Of a DNA stretch of 64,000 nt, positions 51,011 to 64,000 are shown in pieces (position 1 is the first letter of the stretch; every line of letters begins with the position of its first letter). The notes beneath the pieces were generated by a model. That model was not told where the DNA came from and did no database searches. It saw only the letters and a program-made list of their open reading frames with translations. The position numbers and the translations under genes are program-made. The DNA is from Antedon mediterranea (Eukaryota > Animalia > Echinodermata). The stretch covers positions 21,532,871 to 21,596,870 of the forward strand of contig NC_092676.1 in assembly GCF_964355755.1 (NCBI RefSeq). Direction: 5' to 3'.

Positions 51011-52510
51011 ATGTCTACAAAGCCAAGGGTCAGAGATTTAGACCATAAGGCGTTAGCCACTTTAAGAGGCGTTAATGTTTCTGACATTAAGGTTCCAAGT
51101 GACCTTTTAGAAAATGTCAAAGAACTTGCGAAGTATGAATACCCTTACCGCAATCTGATTTTCGGAGGTGGTGGAAATCGACTGTTCGCGTACGCAGGCT
51201 CTTTACAGGTAATACGTGTTTTTGAACATTTCTATTTCTATTTCTCTGAAGAATTACTTTATACCTTAATTAATTGTTGTGGAACCATGAGATTTGCAGA
51301 CGAAGTGGTACTGCTGGCTGAAATGTTAATTGAACTCAACAGCCTAGTCCTTAGGGTGACTTTATTTAAGAGATTGACCGTATTATTGCACTATTAAAAT
51401 TTACTTAATTGTGTTGAATATCAACATGAATTATTCAATGATATTCATCTTCTAAATTAACGTGCATGATGGATTACTGTATATTTAATGTTTTTGTTTG
51501 TAGATTAGATATGTAGGTCAGATTTTTGGAAAAGTCTGCTCATATTGAGTGGTAAGAGGGGGAGGGAGGCTGTAATCCATAACGTTGTGGCAAGGGTTTG
51601 AGACTCACTTGCTTGCTTGTTGTGTTGGAGAACAATGTTTTCTCGGATAAGAACCTAGTGCATCTTTAAAAAAAGAGTAGGTGTACTAGTTGTCGCAGCC
51701 ACTGCACAAACGAGAGAGAATTTGCAGCACTGACGTGACCCTTATGAGAGAAACAGTTGTAACATTTAAGTCCATCACGCCATTAACAATGATCGTTAAA
51801 AATACAATTATTATTATCGTTCAGAAAGGTATTAGGCCAGTACGAGGGGCACACAACACTAAAAACATTTCAACTTTTATAATATAGGCTTCTTTTTTTA
51901 AATATATTCAACTTAGGTGATTTATATCCGAAACGTTCTTTAGAATACTTTTGGCAAAGTATTTTTCAGTAAATAAAGGCGCTTCAAGCTTCACTCCGTT
52001 TTCGAAGTTTTAGGTTTTGATTTTGTCAATCAGTTTCTTTTCATTTCAAACTAGATCAACAGAGATTTAAAATATTTTAAAACAACATGCCATTGGGCAT
52101 TAGTTAGGTAAAAAACTACCTTCATAATCCTACATGCATAATAGTATGATGCCTCATGCATTTCTGTTAAATATGTTATGTATTACTAAATAAAACCTGC
52201 ATGCACAGTATTGTATTTAGAAGTTATCTTACCTTATGTATTGTTCTTAATTCTACTTATGAACCAGAAAATGTCGCAATAATAATCAATGTGTCAATAA
52301 TGTTAAATTTAATTACATTCGCAACTAAAAAAGTGTTATGTACATACAACATATTTGCTCCACAACGTTCGAAATTTACAAACTTGAGATGGTTACCTAT
52401 AGGCAAAAATTGTAAATATAAATAAATACCAAATATCAATCAATCAATAATAATATATGTATATTTTTAAATATTTGTTAAGCGTTTAGGAATTTAATTT
52501 GTGGAACGAA

Positions 52511-52556
<46 letters not shown>

Positions 52557-55500
52557 TGTGTACGACTGTTTTTGCTACTAGGTTCTTCAAGATGTTGGTA
52601 TATTACCTAAGGTCACTAGATTCGGTGGAACTAGTCTAGGAGCATTGACAGCATGCTTTGCCGCACTTGGACTAACCCCACACCAGATGGTAGTGGAAGT
52701 GGAGAAAGCAAGATGCAACATTGAGAAAATGTTACTCGGTATACCTAATGTTTGTACTTGGCAAAAAGATAATTGATGTCATCAACAGGACTATATTTCT
52801 CGAAATTGGCAAAGTATCGTATGATATAAATAGGATCGTATAGGCATAATTTGAATTTAGTATAATACTGGCCTTTTAACCCATGTATGAACAATTATTG
52901 TCATCAAATATTCCCACTCAAGTTTGTTTTAACCCTCCTACGCAAATACCATTTTTCTTGAACCTAACCATGGAGAAATAAAGCCTGGTTTCCTGTCGAC
53001 GTAAGATTTGGAAATGCTAACGTTTGTTACGATTGTTGCGTTTGTTACGTCTCTTCCGTTAAGTTGAGCAAAAGTGAACGTCGTTTTGATCGTTCTGAAC
53101 CGCAGGCTCACGAGCCGATAACGACCCTTACGTAAAGTTGACTTTTTTAACTTCAAGCGCTTACGGTCGTCTTATGATCGTTACGTAAAGTTGAAATTTT
53201 TTCTTACGCTTCTGTGTTTGCTCGATCGATGGTTGCCCTTGTCAGGCAATTGTTTTTCAGGTAGGCAGCCTAGGCTTAGAAAAAGGCATACATGCTGTGT
53301 GGCATATACTGTACATAGGCCTAGCTACATAAAACGGAACATGCCTAGCTAGGCCCAGGCCCAGTCCTACATCATAACCACTACTATTTTACTGTAATAT
53401 AGGCAAGAGGCCTGTACTAAAAATGTCCTAGACCGTAGCCTTCTTGTAGGCCTAGCCTAGGCCTACTTATTAATACTAGGCCTAGGCTAGTCTACTACTA
53501 AAAGCCTTTTTTAGGCCTACCTACTATATAGCCTAGGCCCCTAGTACTTAGTAGTAGTAGGCCTCCTTTACTAGCCTACTAGGCTAGGCCCTACAAACAA
53601 GTACTAGGCCTATCCCAATTAAGTGGACCACCATCTGTAGGCCTAGGCTAGCTTTGGAATTAGGCATAAATCTCTCTTTTTTTTAGTGTGACTTTATTTT
53701 ATATGATAGGCCAAATTAAAAAAAAAAACATTTTAACATTTTAATGTATTGGATCTACACACTCTACACAATAATTCCAACTTCTAAACTGCAACAAAAA
53801 TGATCTACAGTGAAACTCTTCTTTTACATGCCCTTTGGTTGGAATGTGTTTAAAAACTAAATGTTTGTAACTAAAAATGTTATCATACTGTACACATAAT
53901 TATAACTAATAACAGTAGTTCAGCTGCTTAACAGGAAAATGCTATAAAATTAAAAATTTGTAGTCATTAACTTAAGAAAAACAAGTGAAAAACACTTTAA
54001 ATATGTTTAATTATTTTTCTTTGATTTAAAATAATTATTGAAAAGCTTCAACACACTAGTTTTAAAATGTTAAATATTTTTACAGAGCAAATTTTAAACA
54101 CAAAATGAGGCCTATAATGATTCCAAAGTAAATACTGCCCAGTACATAGGAAATATCACACTTATTTATTATTAACATTTTTACATGTGAACAGAAAGTC
54201 TGCTTCTAGTACCACTGAAAATTAAACAAAACATTGATATTAACATTGATAATGTATCAACATTGAAAGTGTATGTGTTGCCTTTACAAATTGTTTTGCT
54301 TTATTAAATAGATATACAAGAATGACACCAGAAAGATTGAATCAACTTGTGTCCTTAATTCAGCCCCATCTGAAAGAGAGAAATTACAGTACAGTGTACC
54401 ACAGTTTCAGAGTTTAAAAATATGTTTATAGTTTTAGTACTCAACTTTTTAGATTTATTTAAAGGTTTAATTTCCTGTATCATATATATTGTGTGACACA
54501 GTGTATGCAAAGAAAGTTACTGTATATCACTTAAGGTAATCAGTAAAAGTGTTTGTGTTTGCTTTTTAAAAATGTATTTAGTTAATAAGTAAGTAATTAT
54601 AGTATTTAGTTAAAGGTTTGATTGTCGGTATTATATATTCTGTATGCCATGGTGTATGCATCTATTATTTTTGAGAATTTATATAAATGGCCTAATCCAT
54701 AAAATAGTATTGTGCAGAATGTATTTGTAAATAAATTTATTTAACAAGTATTTACTGTATGCTTCTTATTAAGTGTGGATCTGGAGGGATATTGAATGGC
54801 AATATTATTTAATAACTTTATTATTATTATTATTAATTGTTATTAAATATCTTACCTTCTGTATTTAATATTACATCTACTGCATCAGAGTCTAATAGCA
54901 TGCTTCTTATAACAACACAAACAACAAAAACATTGATTAGAAAAACTCAGATGGAGCAAATAGTGCCGGTTTAAATTGTTTAAAAACATCGAATCATTTC
55001 TCCTAATAAAAGAATAGTTAATGAACTTAATTACCGGAAGGAGAATATGGCAATAAAATAAAGAAAAGTGTGAATAGAAAGAACTTGAATATAATTGTAC
55101 GTTTTTAATATAGGGCTAATTTTTATCCTTTTTTGGTAAAGAGGTGTTGTAAAAAAGCTGCTTTTATTAATGAAATTCGTATTTTCGTATCTATTAAAAA
55201 TAGGCCTATCCTTTTCCATTGTATATCTTGCGCTTACGACTCTTACGCTTACGTAAAGTTGACTCCAAGTCAACTTTACGTAAGAATCGTTAATAACGCA
55301 ACGCAAGTGATCGCAAGCAATAAAATCTCGGTTTCCTGTAAATTCGCGATAAATCGACGTATCAGACGGAGATTCGATACCCCGGTTTCCTGTCGATCGT
55401 CTATTTTTCTTGCGTTTACGTCGATTTCACCAAAATATTGTCGTAAGCGGTTTCCTGTCAAATGTTGGTTTCTTACGTAAAATCGACGTAACAATCGTAA

Positions 55501-58500
55501 CTGACGTTAGAAAAACTGACTCTTACGTCGACAGGAAACCAGCCTTAAGTCTCCATGACCTAACACATACTGTCTGTCATTCACTCTATAAGGCTGTGTC
55601 TACACTATCAAACAAAACAGTGTGACGGTGCCCAAATATGTAAGTTCTATGACGTCATCGTGTCCACAAATGTTTTGTAGCTTTAGAAAAATAGATTATT
55701 AATATTCTTTTTTTTTACAGATGCTCGATGGGGGATTTTCAGTTTATTCTTTAACTTGAAATCTGATTTTGGCTGGCATCCAGCTAATGCTTATACAAAA
55801 TGGCTTGAAGGAAATATAGACGACTACGGTGGTAAAGGAAAACTGACGTTCAAAGAGGTAAATAGCTAATCAGTTTTTTGGATAAAAGATAACAAAACTC
55901 TTCCACAGGAGACGAATATGATACAAAGTTAAACTATTTATATTTAATATCTTTCTATTCGACAGCTGTATGATCAGACCGGTAAAGAGTTGTGTTGTGT
56001 TGCAACCAACCTCAATCTTATGGCTGCCGAATACTGCCATGTGAAAACCACCCCGGATATGCCGATCATTGTGGCCCTGAGAATGAGTATGTCTTTACCG
56101 GGTAAGTTGTGATTAGGCCTCATTTTTAATATGTTTGTTGATAGGCCTATATATATATATATTATCTTGTTTGTTTTTAAGTAATAAAAAGTAGTCCGAA
56201 ATCGAATTTGACATCTATGTCGTTGTATAGGCATATAGCTTCTATTTTTCTATTTAGTTTTCTTTAAAACCATTTTTAATATTGTAGCACTTTTGTGTGC
56301 GGTAAAGTATAAGTTGAGAGACCACGAAGATGTGTACGTAGATGGAGGCCTTCTATGTAACTATCCAATCCATGTTTACGACGGTAAGAAGATAATTCCA
56401 ATATTACACGTTTTCCTTAACACCTAACATAGAAAAATGCAAATTAATATGCATATCCTTTCACTATATAATATAAAATGACACTATATGCTAACTATTA
56501 TTGGTCAGTTGACAAACAAGGCCATATACATAGCTGCAGTCGCGTGCTCAATTTAGTGTTTACCGGCCGATCAACCGACCGACTGAGCTGTAGAGTCGCG
56601 TTGCACACGCGACTAATAATGGTTTGTTACCTTAGTTAGGTGATACAATGTTTAAATCTTGTCGTTATATAATTTCACTATTGCAATAAAACATGATTCA
56701 AAAAGTTCTATATATACAAAATTTAGTAGTTTCTACTTAAGCGTGACACACTCTTAAAAATAATTAATGGCCACTTGACAACAAATAGTTTGTTACCTAT
56801 GATAATACATTGCATTTTTGCTTGTCGTAACTTTTGGCACAGTGGTATTTAGAAACTTGATAGTGTGTTCATTGGCACATATGCATGTAGTTATATTATA
56901 CGAGATTGACGGAGAAAGTAAACAAACCAGTGATCACTGGGAACAATAAATGATGTTTAGGAGAAGATTTTTTTTATCTATTTTTTTAGGATGAGTTACC
57001 GTAACTTGAAACTTGGCTTTTTATGGTAGCCGCATGAAAAAAAAGAAGCTCTGTTTGCATATCTATACCCACGACCACTCTATAAAAATAATAAACATTA
57101 CTAGGTGACCTAATCGACTTGCGAATTTCATAATCAATCACTGAAATATAAAACAATAAACCACTGACTGTAACATGATAGATTTGAAAATTGTTTCCAA
57201 GGTTGGTGGTTGTCAATGGAAGAGGAAAATACGTTCTTCAAACGACTACGACCGGTGACTTCAATTCCTATGATGTTTAATACCAAGGAACGGTTCAAAG
57301 AGAAGAACAAGGAGACACTTGGACTGAGTTTAGTGAGTTTGGAAATTTATTACCTTATGATTGGTAATCCAATGTTAATTTACATCCAGTTTTCTAAATC
57401 ACCTCATATAGAAAGGATATCTTTTTATGTATTTTAGGCCTATAAGAATGTTGTACTGTATTTATAATTTAAAGATAATTTTAAATTTTAATTTACGGAT
57501 AAAGAAAAATGACGTCTTCATTCAGTGCTGTCAAAAAAATTCACCTACTATAATAATAGTAGATTAGAAGATGATAGGAGTAAATCAAATTTAAAAAAAA
57601 ACGTCCCGTATAAAAAAACATAGAGATCGGCTGCCATATTTGTATTCAATATAATAATTATTATACAATAAACATTGCTAATTATTACCAATGTAGGAAA
57701 AGTAGATTGGTTTTTTTGTCGTCATGCCACAGGACAACGTTAAATCGTTTGAAATAAATAAATTAATTTTGGGCCAAATTCAATTACTTAATATAAATTG
57801 AATTCGTATTTCGTATATAGCGTTGCTTTAGTAAGATTTTATGCCGTTTCTATTTCGGTTGAGATATTTAATATGTATAACTTAAATTGTTGCAGTACAC
57901 TGAGAGTGAATCTAGTCTTATGCAACTTCAATTCAACGACAGGTATAAAGGAAAATTTGCCAAAATTCCAGATACGAAACTTGCAAGGTAATGTATCTTT
58001 CTTTACCACATGATATGGATATGTTAAGCTGATTTTCCACTAGGCGAATTTGTTCGCGCGAATCAAAAGCGTCATGCTCTGCGCATGCGTATTCGAGTTT
58101 CTGTCTGCCATACTCCCTTCTGCGACGAATTCTAGTTCCTTGATTTTTCGCTGCAGCGAAATTTAATAGTTCGAATTGTTTCTACTTTTTGCGAAGCGAA
58201 ATATTGCGCAACCAATCAGAGCTCAGGAAATGAGCTATGACGCTTTCATGAGCAGTCATGCGAATCGAAATGCTCAGCAACCACGCGAGGAACATGAACG
58301 TCGCAGCTATTCGCTCATGTAGAGGAAAGAGAGTAGGCGATTTTTTTCTCTTCGAAACGTTTGATTCGCGCGAACAAATTCGCCTAGTGGAAAATCGGCT
58401 TAAATATCAATAAGGTACAAAGATGGTTTAGCGAACAAAATTCAGATTTCATTCTTTGCGGGCTTCCAGCTAAAACTATCGATAAGGTTTAGCGTGTTCA

Positions 58501-61500
58501 GAACATTGCTGTCCGTCTGGTTCTTCGCATCCCAACATGTCAAAACATAACACCACATTGGTTGCCAGTTGAGAAGAAAATAATGTTTAAAATGTTTCTC
58601 ATTACATTCAAATCACTTCATAACATGGCTCTAACTTTTCTATATGATATCATTTCTCCATACAAGCCAAAACGAACTCTGAGGTCATTATCTGAGGTTT
58701 TTCTCAGGCCTCCTACACGGCCTTCAACAAAATTTTAAGGACAACGTGCCTTTTCTTGGTCAGCTGCTGTTCTCTGGAACGCCCTTCCAAATTATATCAG
58801 GAATGCTGAATCACTCACCACATTCAAACCAATCCTGAAATCCCACCTGTTTAATTTGCATTTTCTTTAGTTTTTGCTATTTTTTTCTGTTGATTGTTCA
58901 GCGCTTAGAGGAGCATTTTGCGCTATAGTAGCCTAAATTGAACATTATTATTATTATTTAACAACACACCTCATAAATAGATCTTGGTGATACTGTCGGC
59001 CTAGCTTTTTGTTTGTATTTAAAAAAATTATATACAAACTGTTGTAATTAAGACTAGTGTTTTGGGTCATTAACAGTGTACTAGGCTATAACTTTTATTA
59101 TTTTGAACTAGTTAGTTAATTATAATAACAATAATAATTTATTTTTAAATATAGGGAAAGAAAAGATGTTATCAAAAGCAAGGTGTGCAAAGCCGAAGAT
59201 GAGTGCAAGCAGTTGACATCTGCATTTGTCAAGTTCTTCCAAGTAATCGAAAAGTTTGACAAAGACAACAGCGACAGTCTTAGTTTTACCGAGTTCAGTG
59301 CTTTATTCAAATGTGTAAGTCATGATTGAAGCTTTTCTAGCAGATAAACTTCTGTGATCATCTTTTTTTTTTAATGCGACTAAACCTTTCACATTAGTGT
59401 CCAGCTCAAATACATACTGTACAGCGCCCAGTTATTATTTTGTACACATTTACATCTGGTTTGAGAGAGATTTTAAAGAGATAAAAGTAGGCCTAAGTAA
59501 AGTAAAACAACGAATTCGTCATACTGTAAATTACATACTTTACGATGCCATGATCTCGTAATCTGATTATCATCTCCGGGTGTTTAAGCTTCAATTCTGC
59601 ATAAATACGCTATACAATACAACAACAAAAACAGGTGGACATGCGCGTACGGAAGTCGTACCGTCGTGATTTAAGCGTGGTTCCCCCACTAGCCACGCAA
59701 CACAAGGACGTAACGCAACGCAAGTGAATTGACCAATCACAAGCGATGGCTTATTCGCTTGTGATTGCTAACTGTCTATAACTTCGCTTGTCATTGGTTA
59801 AAATTAACGCTTGCGTTGCGTTTACGTCCTTGCGTTACGTTCTAGTGGGAACCAAGCTTTAGACGCGCGTTTTAACTGTCTGCCTATTCGTAGTGTTATC
59901 GAACTTGTCAGAACACATTATTGTTCCCTGAAGAATATTTGACTAGACAGACAACAAACGAAAACCGGTATCGTTTAATTGATGGAATGGAAATGAATTA
60001 TAGTAGCTAGGTACAAATTCAAGTCAGCATTTCAACTTGGCTTCAACTGTATTTTTAGTCACTTAAGCCTACGGATTAGGATAATGGTCAAAATAATCTT
60101 TAAATATTATTGGCCATAATGCACCAGAAAATGTCCAAACGCTTTAACCTTGTCAATGTTACATGATGCCCTGTAAACCTGGGTTTTTACTATAATCCGC
60201 TGTATTTAGAATTACAACACATCATCGGGAAAGTTCAATTGAAGTCTAAAAACAATAACTGGAATGGTGAATTTTAATGACGCCTGTGGTCACCTTTTAA
60301 CACCATTAATTTACAGTATAGTGTATTAATTATAATCATTAAAATATCTCATACACACTATTTAACAACAGAAAATCTAGGATTTGCTTGAGAAAGAGGT
60401 ATGTGAACCCAGATGCAGCCCCTTATCTCAAGCTGAGTGGTTCAGAAATCAATCGCTTAGGGTGGCTACCAATACTATTGCTCTCTGAATACATAGGCCT
60501 ACACTTTGTGCTTTTCCCCTATCTATTCTTGCCTTCAGTATTTATTAGAATCTATTATTCAGTGTTTACAATGGAGTTTACAGCTATTAGTATGCCAATA
60601 TCAATTTTAAGGAAGTAATGACTTTAATCTTACCAAACAGAATACAGATGATTTTACATACGAAAATTACTGTACGTTGTTTGGGAAAGAAGATGTTAAA
60701 ACCGTATTCGACAAAATCGACAAAAACAAGAATGGAACGGTAAGTTTTAAATGATTTAATGATTGTGGTAATCCGTTTACACCACAAACACACACACAGT
60801 CATAATATTATTATACTGTATTACTTTGATTTTATACTATATAACTAATTGTGTTATAAACTTTACCATAATATTTTTATTTTTTTTTTAATCTGTTTAG
60901 ATCCAAACAAGAGAAATCTTAAATTACGTTGAGGGCAAAGGTGTTCACATGCTGGCGGAGTTTATTGGATATCGACGGCAAGTTATTACAGGGTTTGGAA
61001 GCTATTTGACGGCCCTACAGAATAGTGTTTTCAACCATGCTATGCGAGAATATGTTGAGGTGAAATTATAAAATTATCATACGATATTATATTTTCCTTT
61101 TGGAAAGAACATTTTAAAAGATGTTTTGTTGAATCAGTGGACGGAATTCGCTTCATACGCGACGCATGCGCAACAATCAAAAGCAACTATCAGACCACAT
61201 GTATAGAAACATCGAGGAATTCATGTCAATTCCCTGTAATCTGTTGACCGAACACGTAACCCGAAGCTACACATTTAAGGGAGGGAAGTTGTCCTATCAC
61301 TGGTCTTTATATAAACCTACAAAATGGTCTTTTCAAAGTTTGATGTTATTTATCTTTATTTTTTGTCATGTTTTGGGGAAAAATATACATATGTAACCTT
61401 TCCAACGTATTTGAATACATTGGTGTAAAAAACTTCTAGTAAACAAATGAACTATTAATATTAAAGTCATGCCAAAATTCCAAAGATGGTTTTATTTATC

Positions 61501-61951
61501 TGATAAGAACAACAATAGTTTATAATATTTGTCCATTTTCATAGCCAACTGATGTGAAGCGTACTGTTGGTGTAGATACTTATTATGTTAACGGAACGGA
61601 CTTTGCAATTGAAATAGGAGACAGGAATTTCCTATTTGAGGTACAGTAATTAATAAATATATATTTGCAGTTTAAAGCGTAACGCCATCGATATCCTAGA
61701 ATTATATAGCAACATTGTATTGTAACGCATTCGATCACAGTGGGAAAAACTCAACCTATCGACCAATCAGATATACCGGTTTTATTCCGATAGGTTCCAG
61801 ATAACCGACCCAAGAACTGTGTTAATATCTCAGATAGAGATCATCATTTCATTTAATTATAATATTTGTTTTACAGCAAGGATTTCGGGCAACGGTTGCT
61901 TTTCTCGAGGAATACGTCAAAAATGAAAAACCACCAAAGAAAAAGAAGTAG
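51011..61951 (+). CDS. Patatin-like phospholipase (ExoU/VipD-like type) with two EF-hand motifs; 12 coding exons, ~511 aa
   Basis: Exons 51011-51208, 52582-52738, 55721-55857, 55966-56101, 56288-56383, 57202-57332, 57896-57987, 59155-59314, 60641-60739, 60901-61059, 61545-61640, 61877-61951. All introns GT-AG, phases compatible, total 1536 nt. Motifs GGGGNR, GTSLG, SMSLP, DGG; EF loops DKDNSDSLSFTE and DKNKNGTIQTRE. Confidence 0.9.
52512..52554. repeat. (TA)n microsatellite just upstream of patatin exon 2
   Basis: Direct reading. Confidence 0.95.
52982..55545 (+). mobile_element. 2.56-kb non-autonomous PIF/Harbinger element in patatin intron 2
   Basis: TIR AGCCTGGTTTCCTGTCGACGTAAGA / TCTTACGTCGACAGGAAACCAGCCT, TSD TAA; internal transposase-like relic YTRMTPERLNQLVSLIQPHL at ~54313-54390. 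Confidence 0.88.
58027..58400. mobile_element. Harbinger-type MITE in patatin intron 7
   Basis: ~38-bp TIR AGC(T/C)GATTTTCCACTAGGCGAATTTGTTCGCGCGAATCAAA with TWA flanks. Confidence 0.85.
58440..58958 (+). mobile_element. 3' fragment of an L2-clade LINE
   Basis: HWLPVEKKIMFKMFLITFKSLH...RTLRS...GQRAFSWSAAVLWNALPNYIRNAESLTTFKPILKSHLF, then AGCGCTTAGAG..GCGCTAT stem and (ATT)n tail. Confidence 0.85.
59674..59858. mobile_element. Palindromic Harbinger-type MITE (same family as 16189..16367)
   Basis: AGCGTGGTTCCC..CTAG / CTAGTGGGAACCAAGCT, TSD TTA. Confidence 0.85.
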
Positions 61952-63446
61952 ACCTGAGATTACAAGATCATTTCGAAAGTGGATTACTAAGCGGAAAAGA
62001 GGATACCGTTTAAACTATTTTCTACACATTAATATTGATTGAAATATTATGGTTGAATGATTTTACTGTAGCTGACGGGGAATTAACGATAGTATACAGT
62101 TATTATTTGAATATTATACCAAATTGCTTCACTTTGTGTGAACAAATAAATTGTCTAATCTGTAAATATTATCTAATCCAGGATAGTTGCACCAAATTAA
62201 ACTGAGTAAGATTTGGGTGTTTTAAATGAGCTGTCAAACGTCGCCAACCGACGACCTGTTAAATATTTTCTCAGGAGACGAGAATTAATTAGGAAGATAC
62301 GAAATATAGAATTACTCTCAGGTGATAAATTTATATGATAATCTATAAATATTTATGCTAATATAATATTATATAATGGTGCCATTAAGTGATACACCCA
62401 TATACGTACATTTATGTCTACTGTTCATCTTTATCATTTATAATTACGACAGGGATGGTATGGTAATATTGGAGAGTTTCTTTGGTACAGTTTTTCTAGA
62501 TTTACATCTTAAATCCGTAGAAATTATTTAATCTAAAAATAGAATCTTTACATTACATATGGATGTTTTTGCAAACATACAGCCGATTTTTCACTGCTAT
62601 GACTGGTGTAGGATCAGAGCGAATGAGGAGTTTAATAAACTCCATCTATTAATGATTCTAAATGCATGGGATATAAAGGATTTAAAAACCAATATTTATT
62701 TTTTGTTTGGTTATGTAAAATTATGATTGGTGGTATATTCGTCAACACGAATGTCACTTTACGAATTAAACGATCGTAATTTTGAGAATCCGATTACAAA
62801 TAGTATTTACCAATATCTCCTTTGATATGATATGATATTATGATTATAATACAAAGTGAACGGAACATAATATAAATGGCGATAGATAGGAGAACACATA
62901 ATTGTGTGTTATGCTTTATCAACGACAAATTCAATCATTAACAGTGGTGAGTACGATTTGGTCACAAATTGTGTGTCAGTATGTTTACATCGGTAACACC
63001 TCCAGCCCAACGGGCAGCACTATAAACTTACGTTAACGGTTTTTTTCCCATAGATTTACGTAAGCAAAGAAATACATTATAATTAGTTATAATAATTAAA
63101 GTACAACTTAGTTGATTATCTTCTCAAATGGTTAATCTTTTTTTATTGGCTGAAGTGCGACACCTTTCTTGTATACGGTTGTTGAGGTGGTGAGTTTATT
63201 AATTCGTCAACGAATCTTTTATACGATTCTACACCTGAATATGTGTATGCAAATTGCCCTTGCAGTTCGGCTTACAATACCCGTCACGTCACACCTACGA
63301 AACCAGAACCATATTAGCTTGAATATTAGAATGCGGCTCTGTACCAAACCAAAATAACGAAACATCCACCGATATTGATACAATCAGTTTTGAGGTAATC
63401 GGTTTTTTTTACTCCAGCCTACCACACCATTCTACTTTCTTTATAT

Positions 63447-63482
<36 letters not shown>
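63447..63482. repeat. (TC)n microsatellite
   Basis: Direct reading. Confidence 0.9.
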
Positions 63483-64000
63483 AACTCTACAGTTGATATA
63501 CATAGGCCTAAATATATCGTCAGGTCATCTTCAATATAAAATAGGATATAGCTACGATTGATATAGGATGGACCATTGTTACGATCCTCTAATTTACAAT
63601 TAGTCAATACAAAAATATCATGATAATAAAATAAAAAATAACATAGGTATTCAATAGTTTGTCAACAAAATTGTTGTCATTAGAGTGCATTATTATAGTA
63701 ATCTTTATATTCATTTTTATCAGTACCGGCACGTATACTGAACGAATTGGAAGCGGAAACCGCTAGGCCTAGTCCGAACTCGGTACCCAGCCAACAGTTC
63801 ATTGTACTAGGATTACACGACTTAAATTCCTGTTATTATCACGAACTCAACAAAGTAAAATTGGATATTATTGTAAAGAATAAAAAATAATATGTTAGGT
63901 AATTTTTTCAATTCACTTGGCCAGTCATTTAGATTTTTACTAGTTTGTGCTTGTTCATTTTATCGTTTATGATGTTATGATGTATTGTATGTTTCTAACG

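Noticed and set aside
51209-51397. Continuation of ORF 51011..51397 past the donor site
   Set aside because: Intron read-through; patatin similarity resumes in the exon at 52582.

Overview
AT-rich eukaryotic (invertebrate animal) genomic DNA; an echinoderm or other marine invertebrate is plausible but cannot be shown from this window. From left to right: (1) a minus-strand tandem array of tRNA-Lys(CTT) genes (~145-bp unit, 23 units in 1-4556), interrupted by a 5'-truncated LINE inserted 13 bp upstream of a tRNA gene, with a small degenerate second cluster at ~8.0-8.6 kb; (2) two paralogous class A GPCR genes with intronless CDS, surrounded by PIF/Harbinger-type MITEs; (3) about 31 kb (18548-49427) made almost entirely of four copies of a ~7.1-7.3-kb giant foldback element. 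Each copy has ~3.5-kb inverted arms, a ~185-bp spacer, TATGG...CCATA ends and a 6-bp TSD (IS3EU-like signature). Copies 3 and 4 form a tandem dimer with a triplicated TSD, the spacer of copy 3 is flipped, and the arms show copy-specific homogenisation; (4) a 12-exon gene for a ~511-aa patatin-like phospholipase with two EF-hands, whose introns hold a 2.6-kb Harbinger derivative, MITEs and an L2 fragment. All alignments and splicing were done by eye.
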